Shown here piece after piece: positions 33,675-42,263 of a stretch of DNA of 64,000 bases (positions within the stretch are counted from its first letter, which is position 1; each line of letters opens with the position of its first letter). The position numbers and the translations under genes are program-made. Origin of the DNA: Escherichia coli (GTDB lineage: Bacteria > Pseudomonadota > Gammaproteobacteria > Enterobacterales > Enterobacteriaceae); NCBI RefSeq assembly GCF_036507355.1, contig NZ_AP027877.1; one strand, given 5' to 3'. Under the pieces are notes generated by a model. That model was not told where the DNA came from. It saw nothing but the letters and a program-made list of their open reading frames with translations, and did not search any database.

Positions 33675-35212
33675 TGGCAATCACTAAATCAACTCCGGCA
33701 CCATTAACCGGTGGGACGTTATGGTGCGTCACTATTGCATTGTCATTAGCGACGTTTATGCAAATGTTGGATTCCACTATTTCTAACGTCGCAATACCGA
33801 CAATATCTGGCTTTCTGGGAGCATCAACAGACGAAGGTACCTGGGTTATCACTTCGTTTGGCGTAGCAAATGCCATTGCGATCCCTGTTACCGGCAGGCT
33901 GGCACAAAGAATAGGCGAATTAAGGTTATTTTTACTTTCAGTCACTTTTTTTTCGCTGTCTTCCTTAATGTGTAGTTTATCGACCAATCTTGATGTGCTG
34001 ATATTTTTTAGAGTCGTTCAGGGGTTAATGGCGGGGCCGTTAATTCCACTGTCACAGAGTTTATTATTAAGGAATTATCCACCAGAAAAAAGGACATTTG
34101 CTCTGGCATTATGGTCAATGACCGTGATTATCGCTCCGATATGTGGGCCGATATTGGGCGGCTATATTTGTGATAACTTTAGCTGGGGTTGGATATTTTT
34201 AATCAATGTCCCTATGGGGATTATCGTCCTGACATTATGCTTAACCTTACTTAAAGGAAGAGAAACTGAGACTTCACCGGTCAAAATGAATCTACCAGGA
34301 CTGACCCTGTTAGTGCTCGGTGTTGGTGGCTTGCAAATTATGCTTGATAAAGGGCGCGATCTGGATTGGTTCAACTCGAGTACAATAATAATATTAACAG
34401 TAGTATCAGTTATTTCTCTGATCTCTTTAGTCATTTGGGAGTCGACCTCAGAGAACCCGATTCTTGATCTCAGTTTGTTTAAGTCCCGTAATTTCACCAT
34501 TGGTATTGTGAGTATCACATGCGCGTATTTATTTTACTCTGGAGCGATCGTCCTTATGCCGCAGTTATTCCAGGAAACGATGGGGTATAATGCGATATGG
34601 GCCGGACTTGCTTATGCGCCCATCGGCATCATGCCACTATTAATTTCACCTTTGATAGGACGTTATGGCAACAAAATAGACATGCGGTTGTTAGTGACAT
34701 TTAGTTTTTTGATGTATGCGGTTTGCTATTACTGGCGTTCTGTGACATTTATGCCAACGATTGATTTTACAGGTATCATTTTGCCGCAGTTTTTTCAGGG
34801 ATTCGCCGTTGCCTGTTTCTTTTTACCCTTAACAACGATTTCGTTTTCAGGCTTGCCAGATAATAAATTTGCCAATGCCTCGAGTATGAGTAATTTTTTT
34901 CGTACCTTGTCAGGATCAGTTGGTACATCGTTGACAATGACGCTGTGGGGGCGACGCGAATCGTTACACCATAGTCAGTTGACAGCAACCATCGATCAAT
35001 TTAACCCTGTATTTAATTCATCGTCACAAATTATGGATAAATACTATGGTTCGCTTTCAGGAGTTCTTAATGAAATTAATAATGAAATAACCCAGCAGTC
35101 ACTTTCTATTTCTGCAAATGAGATTTTCCGTATGGCGGCTATTGCTTTTATCTTACTTACGGTTTTGGTTTGGTTTGCGAAACCGCCGTTTACAGCGAAA
35201 GGCGTTGGGTGA
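33674..35212 (+). CDS. emrY: MFS multidrug efflux pump (EmrB paralogue)
   Basis: 512-aa 14-TM MFS protein. Confidence 0.9.
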   Translation: MAITKSTPAPLTGGTLWCVTIALSLATFMQMLDSTISNVAIPTISGFLGASTDEGTWVITSFGVANAIAIPVTGRLAQRIGELRLFLLSVTFFSLSSLMCSLSTNLDVLIFFRVVQGLMAGPLIPLSQSLLLRNYPPEKRTFALALWSMTVIIAPICGPILGGYICDNFSWGWIFLINVPMGIIVLTLCLTLLKGRETETSPVKMNLPGLTLLVLGVGGLQIMLDKGRDLDWFNSSTIIILTVVSVISLISLVIWESTSENPILDLSLFKSRNFTIGIVSITCAYLFYSGAIVLMPQLFQETMGYNAIWAGLAYAPIGIMPLLISPLIGRYGNKIDMRLLVTFSFLMYAVCYYWRSVTFMPTIDFTGIILPQFFQGFAVACFFLPLTTISFSGLPDNKFANASSMSNFFRTLSGSVGTSLTMTLWGRRESLHHSQLTATIDQFNPVFNSSSQIMDKYYGSLSGVLNEINNEITQQSLSISANEIFRMAAIAFILLTVLVWFAKPPFTAKGVG

Positions 35213-35319
35213 TGGTAAAAGCAGGGGGTTATAGCGGGTAAGACCGGGGATCTTAAGTCTGCGCCATCGGCAGCATCGCTCACCCAGGGAAAGGATGGCG
35301 ATGCTGCGTTGAAATGTTA

Positions 35320-35529
35320 TTAACGGCCTTTTGCCAGATATTGATTCATCTCTTCTTCCGGCACCATTCCACCTCCCGTCGCCCACACCAGATGAGTGGC
35401 ATTACGCAGTTGTTCTGCGCTGAAACCGTGCATCAGTTGGTAACTTACTGATGCACACACGCGCTGAGGTCCGGCCATACCCGCCAGTGCCGAAGGTTCA
35501 AGACGAATACCTTCTTCCTGCGCCAACCC
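35320..35529 (-). pseudogene. dsdA: 3-prime remnant of D-serine dehydratase gene (last ~70 codons only)
   Basis: Frame ends …[68 protein letters not shown]; upstream in-frame sequence (PPSPPPQ…) is unrelated; no dsdC/dsdX nearby. Confidence 0.75.
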
Positions 35530-35785
35530 AAGAATTACAGTGCGGTTAGATGGCGGAAAGCCGGTCAAGAGTGTTTGGGGAGGTGGGGAAGGCGGTGATT
35601 CTGCATTTGCTCCACAACCAATACAATTTATAAAGACCTTGGCTAAGCATAAAAAAGCTATTTTTGGGTTTGAACCTTATGGATCAACTATGCAAGTAGT
35701 TGAGTTTGACTTGTCTGAGATTGATAAGGTTGTGGAAAAAATTTCACAGTCTTGCAATTGGAAATAACAAAAAAATCTCATATGA

Positions 35786-35809
35786 ACCCAGTTGGCTCTG
35801 GGTTTTTTA
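35786..35809 (+). terminator. Rho-independent terminator in orphan segment
   Basis: ACCCAG-ttggct-CTGGG followed by TTTTTT. Confidence 0.5.
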
Positions 35810-36163
35810 TTTCTGTTGTCTATAATGTATTCATAATTTTTACTGGGATACAGTGCACATAAAATCCCAATTGCGGTAGGACGATAACTGGATCAGGTGG
35901 AGGCACTTACGCAAGAATTGATAGTATTAATTTGCATAGAGCAACGCGAAGTTATTTATAAATTAACTGATATAGAGTACTAGATGTAATCCGAACCGGT
36001 TATGATTCGTCACCAATTTTGCAAGAGGCTGGGTAGGTAAGCTATTGGATACCGTAGGTAGCAAAAATATAGAAGGAGGGGAAGAATTGCTAAACTCGAG
36101 CATTCACTTAAATCTGAGTTATTTATTGTTAAGATATAATACACTTTGAATAATAGAGGCTAT

Positions 36164-36409
36164 ATGACAACGAAAATAAGCAAAGATGATAAACATCTGC
36201 TTGATCCTTATTTAAAATGGCTTGCAAACAAGAAGCTAATGGTTGCCTTCTGGTTGGTGCTAATGATATGTGGTTGCATATATGCATATATAGAAAATGA
36301 TTGGTCACTTCTTCCCCGATTCGGATGTTTAGGCATAATGATTGGCACATTGCTTACTCTTTCTCCGCTTTTTGCAGAAGGTATCTACCTATCAAGGCGA
36401 GAAGCATGA
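36164..36409 (+). pseudogene. Membrane protein gene truncated by IS insertion
   Basis: ORF with RBS AGAGG; two predicted TM helices (LMVAFWLVLMICGCIYAYI; LGIMIGTLLTLSPLF); its stop TGA is supplied by the first bases of the IS inverted repeat. Confidence 0.45.
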
Positions 36410-36424
36410 ATCGCCACGGATAAT

Positions 36425-37237
36425 CTAGACACTTCCGAGCCGTTGATAATACTGGTTTTCATATTCTGTCGGTGACATCTGATCGCTGGAACCATGCCGA
36501 CGCTTACTGTTATAAAACATTTCGATGTAATCAAAAATATCGCTGCGGGCTTCTTCCCGCGTTCCGTAGATCTTTTTCTTTATCCGTTCGCGTTTCAACA
36601 ACTGGAAAAAGCTTTCTGCAACCGCATTATCATGGCAGTTACCGCGACGGCTCATGCTGCCATCCAGGCCGTGTGATTTCAGGAACGACTGCCACTCATG
36701 GCTTGTGTACTGACTGCCCTGATCCGAATGAACCAGCACCTGTTTTTGGGGATTACGGCGCCATACAGCCATCAGCAGTGCGTTCAGGACAATGTCCTTT
36801 GTCATCCGGGATTGCATGGACCAGCCGATAATTTTGCGTGAGAACAGATCAACAACCACGGCAAGATACAGCCAGCCTTCGTGGGTCCTGATGTAGGTTA
36901 TGTCCGTTACCCAACGCTTATCCGGAGCATCCGGATTGAACTGTCGCTGGAGCCTGTTGGGCGACACGATACTGGCCTCGCCTTTACGTGCCCGCGGGCT
37001 CCGGTATCCGACCTGAGCCTTTATCCCGACACGTTTCATCAGTCGCCAGACTCTGTTCACTCCGCACTGTTGCCCGCTGTCCCGCAGATCCAGATGGATT
37101 TTGCGATAACCATAGACGCATCCCGATTCCAGCCAGAACTGTTTAATCTGCCCTGTCAGCCTCAGGTCTGCCTGATGGCGTTGTGAATGCGGCTGCTGAA
37201 GCCAGGCGTAAAAACCACTGGGATGAACATCCAGCAC
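36425..37237 (-). CDS. IS3-family transposase OrfB (DDE integrase core; expressed as OrfAB by -1 frameshift)
   Basis: 270-aa ORF with DDE motifs (…WVTDITYIRT…; …HSDQGSQYTS…; …NCHDNAVAESFF…). Confidence 0.85.
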   Translation of the reverse strand: MLDVHPSGFYAWLQQPHSQRHQADLRLTGQIKQFWLESGCVYGYRKIHLDLRDSGQQCGVNRVWRLMKRVGIKAQVGYRSPRARKGEASIVSPNRLQRQFNPDAPDKRWVTDITYIRTHEGWLYLAVVVDLFSRKIIGWSMQSRMTKDIVLNALLMAVWRRNPQKQVLVHSDQGSQYTSHEWQSFLKSHGLDGSMSRRGNCHDNAVAESFFQLLKRERIKKKIYGTREEARSDIFDYIEMFYNSKRRHGSSDQMSPTEYENQYYQRLGSV

Positions 37238-37293
37238 CCGACAGAGCAGGCGAACAGGCCAGCAACAGGTGTTGTCACGGATAAAGGCGTACC

Positions 37294-37572
37294 TCAGTCG
37301 GACAGCTTTGCGAAGTACGCCGCGGCTTTTTTTAATATGTCCCGTTCGTCGGTAACCCGCTTCAGCTCTTTCTGGAGACGGCGGATCTCGGCCTGAGCAT
37401 CTGACTGTTCTTTATTAGCGGAAGAATCCGGACCGTACTTCTTTATCCAGGCGTAAAGGCTGTGGGTGGTGATATCGAGACGTGTTGCAACGCTGGCAAC
37501 AGAATAACCGCGATCAACAACCTGTTTGACTGCTTCAATTTTAAACTCTTCGGGATAACGCTTACCGCTCAT
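37294..37572 (-). CDS. IS3-family transposase OrfA (HTH)
   Basis: ~92-aa HTH protein ending in leucine-zipper-like region; A AAA AAG frameshift motif at 3-prime end. Confidence 0.8.
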   Translation of the reverse strand: MSGKRYPEEFKIEAVKQVVDRGYSVASVATRLDITTHSLYAWIKKYGPDSSANKEQSDAQAEIRRLQKELKRVTDERDILKKAAAYFAKLSD

Positions 37573-37635
37573 GGGCACCTCTCTTTAAGCCATCTTAAAT
37601 GACTCTGAGGTGTCTGTTAAACCCGTGGCGATTCA

Positions 37636-38036
37636 GGAAGAGTTCGAAATACGCAGCGAAATTGTTGGAATTCAAATTAGTTGATCTTGACGTTCTTAAG
37701 CGAACATACTTCTTTTTTGCAGACCGTTATCTGGCAGATGTAGTGAAGTTTGAAAACCTATGTGGTGATTTAGAGCATACATCGCAGAAGGCTAGGGATG
37801 AAAAAATTAAGGCCATGCAATTAAAGACAAACGACCCTGAAATTCAGTTAGGTGTTTGTATTTTTGTTTGTTTCAGGTTGCGAAACAACCTTTTTCATGG
37901 ACCAAAATGGCGTTATTTGCTTGATGGGCAAGAGGATTTGCTCTTAATTGCCGGAAATTTTATACATTCTATTCTATTACAGGTGCCTAGTAGAGATGGC
38001 TGGGAATTCAAGAATATTTTAACTTCTACTGATTAG
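37636..38036 (+). pseudogene. 5-prime-truncated gene with HEPN-like motif (Rx4HG)
   Basis: Open frame begins inside the IS end; contains …FRLRNNLFHGPKW… (R-x4-H-G); no plausible own start codon or RBS. Confidence 0.35.
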
Positions 38037-38221
38037 CTTTGATTTTCCATAATCAACCCGCCATAATCATGTCATCGGAGCCTGAACAACTCCGGTGACT
38101 TCTGCGCTTTGAGGGGACTCAAAGTGCAAACGACAATCAGAACACCTTTCAACCAGTCACAGATGCAGAAATGCACCTGCAATATCTTGCATCCAACGTT
38201 TGACCTCTGCGGAGGTGAAGC

Positions 38222-38677
38222 GTGAACCTCCCACAAGACGGCATCAAATTACATCGCGGTAACTTCACTGCTATCGGTCAGCAGATCCAGCCTTATCTGG
38301 AGGAAGGCAAATGCTTTCGCATGGTGCTTAAACCGTGGCGGGAGAGACGCAGTCTTTCCCAGAATGCACTCAGCCACATGTGGTACAGCGAAATCAGTGA
38401 ATACCTCATCAGCAGGGGTAAAACGTTCGCCACTCCAGATTGGGTAAAAGATGCTCTCAAACACACTTATCTCGGTTATGAAACCAAAGAACTGGTTGAT
38501 GTCGTAACCGGTGAGATCACCACTATCCAGTCGTTACGCCATACCTCCGATCTTGATACCGGAGAGATGTATATCTTCCTGTGTAAGGTTGAAGCCTGGG
38601 CGGTGAATATTGACTGCCACCTGACTATTCCGCAGAGCTGCGAGTTCCAGCTGCTGCGCGACAAGCAGGAGGCGTAA
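38222..38677 (+). CDS. ninB: NinB-like recombination protein (lambdoid nin region)
   Basis: 151-aa ORF (GTG start after GGAGG) with …[17 protein letters not shown]… resembling the NinB family. Confidence 0.65.
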   Translation: MNLPQDGIKLHRGNFTAIGQQIQPYLEEGKCFRMVLKPWRERRSLSQNALSHMWYSEISEYLISRGKTFATPDWVKDALKHTYLGYETKELVDVVTGEITTIQSLRHTSDLDTGEMYIFLCKVEAWAVNIDCHLTIPQSCEFQLLRDKQEA

Positions 38678-38847
38678 TGGCTACACCGCTTATTCGTGTC
38701 ATGAACGGACACATCTACAAAGTACCAAATCGTCGTAAGCGTAACCCTGAGCTGAAGCCATCCGAAATACCAACTCTGCTCGGATATACCGCCAGCCTGG
38801 TTGATAAAAAATGGTTGCGACTGGCAGCAAGGAGGAATCATGGCTGA
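38677..38847 (+). CDS. ninE: NinE-like small protein
   Basis: 56-codon ORF overlapping ninB stop (TAATG): [56 protein letters not shown]. Confidence 0.5.
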   Translation: MATPLIRVMNGHIYKVPNRRKRNPELKPSEIPTLLGYTASLVDKKWLRLAARRNHG

Positions 38848-39130
38848 TTTGAGAAAAGCAGCGCGTGGTCGGGAATGCCAGGTAAGAATCCCTGGCGTAT
38901 GTAATAGCAATTCTGAAACGTCTGTACTGGCACATATCCGGCTGGCTGGATTGTGCGGTACCGGTATCAAACCGCCAGACCTGATTGCCACCATCGCATG
39001 TTCTGCCTATCACGACGAAATCGACCGCCGCACACATTTTGTCGATGCTGAGTATGCAAAAGAATGCGCGCTGGAAGGTATGGCGAGAACACAGGTTATC
39101 TGGCTGAAAGAGGGGGTTATTAAGGCGTGA
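38840..39130 (+). CDS. YbcO-like (DUF1364) putative nuclease of lambdoid nin region
   Basis: ATG at 38840 after [28 protein letters not shown]… with conserved Cys/His. Confidence 0.6.
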   Translation: MADLRKAARGRECQVRIPGVCNSNSETSVLAHIRLAGLCGTGIKPPDLIATIACSAYHDEIDRRTHFVDAEYAKECALEGMARTQVIWLKEGVIKA

Positions 39131-39489
39131 ATACTTACAGCATCACATTACCCTGGCCTCCGAGCAATAATCGCTATTACCGCCATAATCGCGGGCGCAC
39201 GCACATCAGCGCAGAGGGGCAGGCATACCGCGATAACGTCGCCCGAATCATTAAAAACGCAATGCTGGATATCGGCCTGGCTATTCCTGTGAAAATCCGC
39301 ATTGAGTGTCACATGCCGGATCGCCGTCGCCGTGACCTGGATAATCTGCAAAAAGCTGCTTTTGACGCACTTACCAAAGCAGGTTTCTGGCTGGATGATG
39401 CTCAGGTCGTTGATTACCGCGTTGTGAAGATGCCGGTTGTCAAAGGTGGAAAGCTGGAACTGACCATCACTGAACTGGGAGATGAATGA
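39127..39489 (+). CDS. rusA: Holliday-junction resolvase RusA
   Basis: 120-aa ORF with RusA signature …[12 protein letters not shown]…. Confidence 0.85.
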   Translation: MNTYSITLPWPPSNNRYYRHNRGRTHISAEGQAYRDNVARIIKNAMLDIGLAIPVKIRIECHMPDRRRRDLDNLQKAAFDALTKAGFWLDDAQVVDYRVVKMPVVKGGKLELTITELGDE

Positions 39490-39626
39490 TGTTTGAGTTT
39501 TATACGGCAGAACTTCTTCGCCACCGCTGGATGCGCCTGCGCTTATATCGTTTCCCCGGTTCTGTTTTGACCGATTACCGAATACTGAGGAATTACGCCA
39601 AAACCCTGACAGGAGCAGGAGTATGA
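39486..39626 (+). CDS. ylcG: YlcG-like small prophage protein (46 aa)
   Basis: ATGATG start overlapping rusA stop (ATGA); [46 protein letters not shown]; below track length cutoff. Confidence 0.5.
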   Translation: MMFEFYTAELLRHRWMRLRLYRFPGSVLTDYRILRNYAKTLTGAGV

Positions 39627-39711
39627 AGTCAGAGATAACAATCAACTAATACTGTTTTGTTGATTTTTGCTTGTAATTGGCGTTCTGGTCTGATTTTTGT
39701 GGAGTAAGTTG

Positions 39712-40089
39712 ATGCGTGATATTCAGATGGTTCTTGAGCGTTGGGGAGCGTGGGCGGCTAATAATCATGAAGATGTGACCTGGTCGTCCATTGCCGCCGG
39801 TTTTAAGGGATTAATTCCTTCAAAAGTAAAATCTCGCCCACAATGTTGTGACGATGACGCGATGATCATTTGCGGGTGCATGGCCCGTCTGAAAAAGAAC
39901 AACAGCGATTTGCATGATTTATTGGTGGACTATTATGTCGGCGGCATGACTTTTATGGCGCTTGCACGTAAGCATGGGCGATCTGATTGTTGGGTTGGCA
40001 GGATGCTCCAGAAAGCTGAGGGCGTAGTGGAGGGTATGCTGATGGTGTTGGATCTCCGATTGGAGATGGATGCTGATTGTTCGAAATAA
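39712..40089 (+). CDS. Late-gene antiterminator Q (phage 21/82 type)
   Basis: 125-aa product from ATG at 39712 ([26 protein letters not shown]…); Cys-rich zinc-binding region; position after rusA/ylcG. Confidence 0.8.
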   Translation: MRDIQMVLERWGAWAANNHEDVTWSSIAAGFKGLIPSKVKSRPQCCDDDAMIICGCMARLKKNNSDLHDLLVDYYVGGMTFMALARKHGRSDCWVGRMLQKAEGVVEGMLMVLDLRLEMDADCSK

Positions 40090-40101
40090 TTAAAGGAAAA
40101 G

Positions 40102-40130
40102 TTGCTGTCTGATTGTCATTAGTCTAACAT
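40102..40130 (+). promoter_or_regulatory. Candidate late promoter pR-prime (-35 TTGCTG, 17 bp, -10 TAACAT)
   Basis: Sigma70-like hexamers directly downstream of Q and upstream of the hairpin at 40188-40217. Confidence 0.35.
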
Positions 40131-40187
40131 TTTAAATGTTGGAATCGCAACGTAGTTATTATCATATAACAGCTTGTTTCCTGATTT

Positions 40188-40217
40188 AGCCAGCCTCCCC
40201 AAAGGCTGGTTTTTTTC
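40188..40217 (+). terminator. Rho-independent terminator (candidate tR-prime)
   Basis: GCCAGCC-tccccaaag-GGCTGG followed by TTTTTTT. Confidence 0.7.
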
Positions 40218-40244
40218 TAATAAGTATTATTTCGGGTAGGGATT

Positions 40245-40769
40245 TTATTGTTTAACCCATAATAATTCATTGACATTGAATCCCAACTTTTGAGCGGTTC
40301 GCACATAGTCTGCTTTTACTTTATCTGGAATAGTTGGGGTCCTTGCCAGAATCCATAGGTATTCTCTGTTCGGACCACTGACAAGAGCATACTTATACTC
40401 ATCATCCAGTTTGATTACATTATAGCCACCATAGAAGGGGCCAAAAAACGAAACCTTCAATGCTGCAGTTTTAGTATCTCCAGTAAAGTATGCTTTACCT
40501 TCGCTCTCGCTCCATTTATTTTTCGTTGGATCGTATCCACGGTTAAGTACACGAATCCCTCCGTCGTTCCGTTTTCCATAAGTAGCGCTGACCTGTTCCA
40601 GATCACGTTCGAACCGGTTCTCGAGGCGAGCTATTTCATACCATTTTCCGAGGTAGCGGTTGGCGTCAAAATTTGTAATCGGCTGCACACCTTTAGGTGG
40701 TGTCGGGGCCTTACATGCTATAAGAGTGAAAGAGAGTGCAATGCCAGTCAACACAGGCCATAACTTCAT
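40245..40769 (-). CDS. Outer-membrane lipocalin (Blc paralogue), prophage cargo
   Basis: 174-aa ORF with lipobox (…LIAC) and motifs shared with Blc (…NFDANRYLGKWYEIARLENRFER…KVSFFGPFYGGYNVI…). Confidence 0.8.
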   Translation of the reverse strand: MKLWPVLTGIALSFTLIACKAPTPPKGVQPITNFDANRYLGKWYEIARLENRFERDLEQVSATYGKRNDGGIRVLNRGYDPTKNKWSESEGKAYFTGDTKTAALKVSFFGPFYGGYNVIKLDDEYKYALVSGPNREYLWILARTPTIPDKVKADYVRTAQKLGFNVNELLWVKQ

Positions 40770-40961
40770 AATAAATCCTGTACTTTTGATAGTTGAGAGT
40801 AAGTATGAAAGATAGATGATTACGACCGATCACTTAAAGAACTTTCATACTATATTAGGAATAGTCCATAACAGAAAAATTGTCAGTGATGACGCCAGAA
40901 AGGCAATTTATTCCGTGCACTACACAGTTTATGTGTTAATGAATTAGTCAAGGGGGAGAAT

Positions 40962-41921
40962 ATGATAAAAAAACCTGTGATTGGAATCAGCGGTTGTTTG
41001 GCCGGTTCTGCTGTTCGTTTTGATGGTGGTCACAAAAGAGCTGACTTTTTAATGGACAAATTAGTGGAATGGGTAACATTCAGACCAGTATGTCCGGAAA
41101 TGGCTATAGGGCTGCCAGTTCCGCGTCCTGCTCTACGTCTTGTGCGCTCGACGCAAGGAAATATACGGATGTGTTTCAGCCACGACCAGAATGAGGATGT
41201 GACAGAGAGAATGACAGAGTTTAGTCGTTCTTATATGGACAAATTAAAGGATGTATCGGGGTTTGTGGTTTGTGCTAAATCTCCCAGCTGTGGCATGGAG
41301 CGCGTGCGTGTCTATGATGAAAATGGTAATCGAGGTCGTAAAGATGGAGTGGGACTATTTACGAGTACTTTGATGGAAAAGTTTTCCTGGCTACCGGTTG
41401 AAGAGGATGGGCGATTACATGATCCAGTGCTTCGTGAGAATTTTGTTGAAAGAGTTTTTGCTTTGCATGAGCTCAATCACCTTTACAAGGAGAAATTATC
41501 AAGAAGAGAGTTATTAGCTTTTCATAGTCGTTATAAGCTTCAGTTGTTGGCGCATAGTCAGGCAGGCTATAAAGATATGGGACCATTTGTGGCTGCAATA
41601 CACGAGTGGGCGGACCTTGAATCATACTTTGAGGTGTATCGTGATAAGCTGATGGCGATTCTCAGAAAACCTGCATCACGTAAAAATCACACGAATGTGC
41701 TGATGCATATACAGGGGTATTTTAGTAACTACTTAAGTACACGCCAGCGTAAAGAGTTGAGCGAGGTTATACTTAACTATCGTTCTGGCACATTACCTCT
41801 TCTTGCGCCGTTGACTCTGCTGAAGCATTATCTGGGTGAGTATCCTAATGATTACTTGCTTACACAGAATTACTTCGATCCCTATCCGGACGAACTGGCT
41901 CTAAGACTGATGGTAAATTAA
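40962..41921 (+). CDS. DUF523 (TudS-like thiouracil desulfidase) / DUF1722-type fusion protein
   Basis: 319-aa ORF; Cys12 (GISGC), Cys44 (PVCPE), Cys104/109 (VVCAKSPSCG) positioned like the [4Fe-4S] ligands of TudS; C-terminal half assigned to DUF1722 type by recollection. Confidence 0.55.
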   Translation: MIKKPVIGISGCLAGSAVRFDGGHKRADFLMDKLVEWVTFRPVCPEMAIGLPVPRPALRLVRSTQGNIRMCFSHDQNEDVTERMTEFSRSYMDKLKDVSGFVVCAKSPSCGMERVRVYDENGNRGRKDGVGLFTSTLMEKFSWLPVEEDGRLHDPVLRENFVERVFALHELNHLYKEKLSRRELLAFHSRYKLQLLAHSQAGYKDMGPFVAAIHEWADLESYFEVYRDKLMAILRKPASRKNHTNVLMHIQGYFSNYLSTRQRKELSEVILNYRSGTLPLLAPLTLLKHYLGEYPNDYLLTQNYFDPYPDELALRLMVN

Positions 41922-42263
41922 TTGTATGCGATATCATCCAAAAGGATGAGTTCCTGCATGCAGGATATTTACAATCGTAAAAACTACACTATGATACCCA
42001 GAGTGTCAGTTTGTATAAAAACTCTGTTTACGCTGAAGAAACAATTGAGATGCAACTTAAAGTTGGTAAACATGCCAGTCAAAATATATAATATTATGAT
42101 TCCACGCAGCTATATATAATATAACAGATTGGTTTAATAATTTGTCTTTGTGAGTTAAATACATAATTTTATACTTGTGATGCAATGAAATTTTCCTTAT
42201 TGTTGAACTGGCGAATATTGATTTTCCACCTATACTTACCTGGTGTAACCCCAATGATATCAG

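Larger units (their letters stand above)
36407..37635 (-). mobile_element. IS3-family insertion sequence (1229 bp), no target-site duplication
   Basis: Terminal inverted repeats TGAATCGCCACGG… at both ends (TG…CA); orfA/orfB with A AAA AAG slippery site near 37330; flanking triplets differ (GCA vs GGA). Confidence 0.8.

Noticed and set aside
35530..35600. Search for an argW 3-prime-end direct repeat (att site) at the left island boundary
   Set aside because: No copy of the tRNA 3-prime sequence seen by eye near the dsdA junction or the IS; the left boundary was probably formed by deletion. Needs computational confirmation.
35540..36409. Small ORF plus membrane ORF as a toxin-antitoxin or abortive-infection pair
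   Set aside because: No recognisable toxin or antitoxin motifs, genes are not overlapping or tightly coupled, and one is truncated by the IS; kept only as an orphan-segment finding.
36472..37186. Plus-strand ORFs 36472-36831, 36494-36676, 36881-37186 inside the IS3-family element
   Set aside because: Antisense to the transposase orfA/orfB frames; no support as genes.
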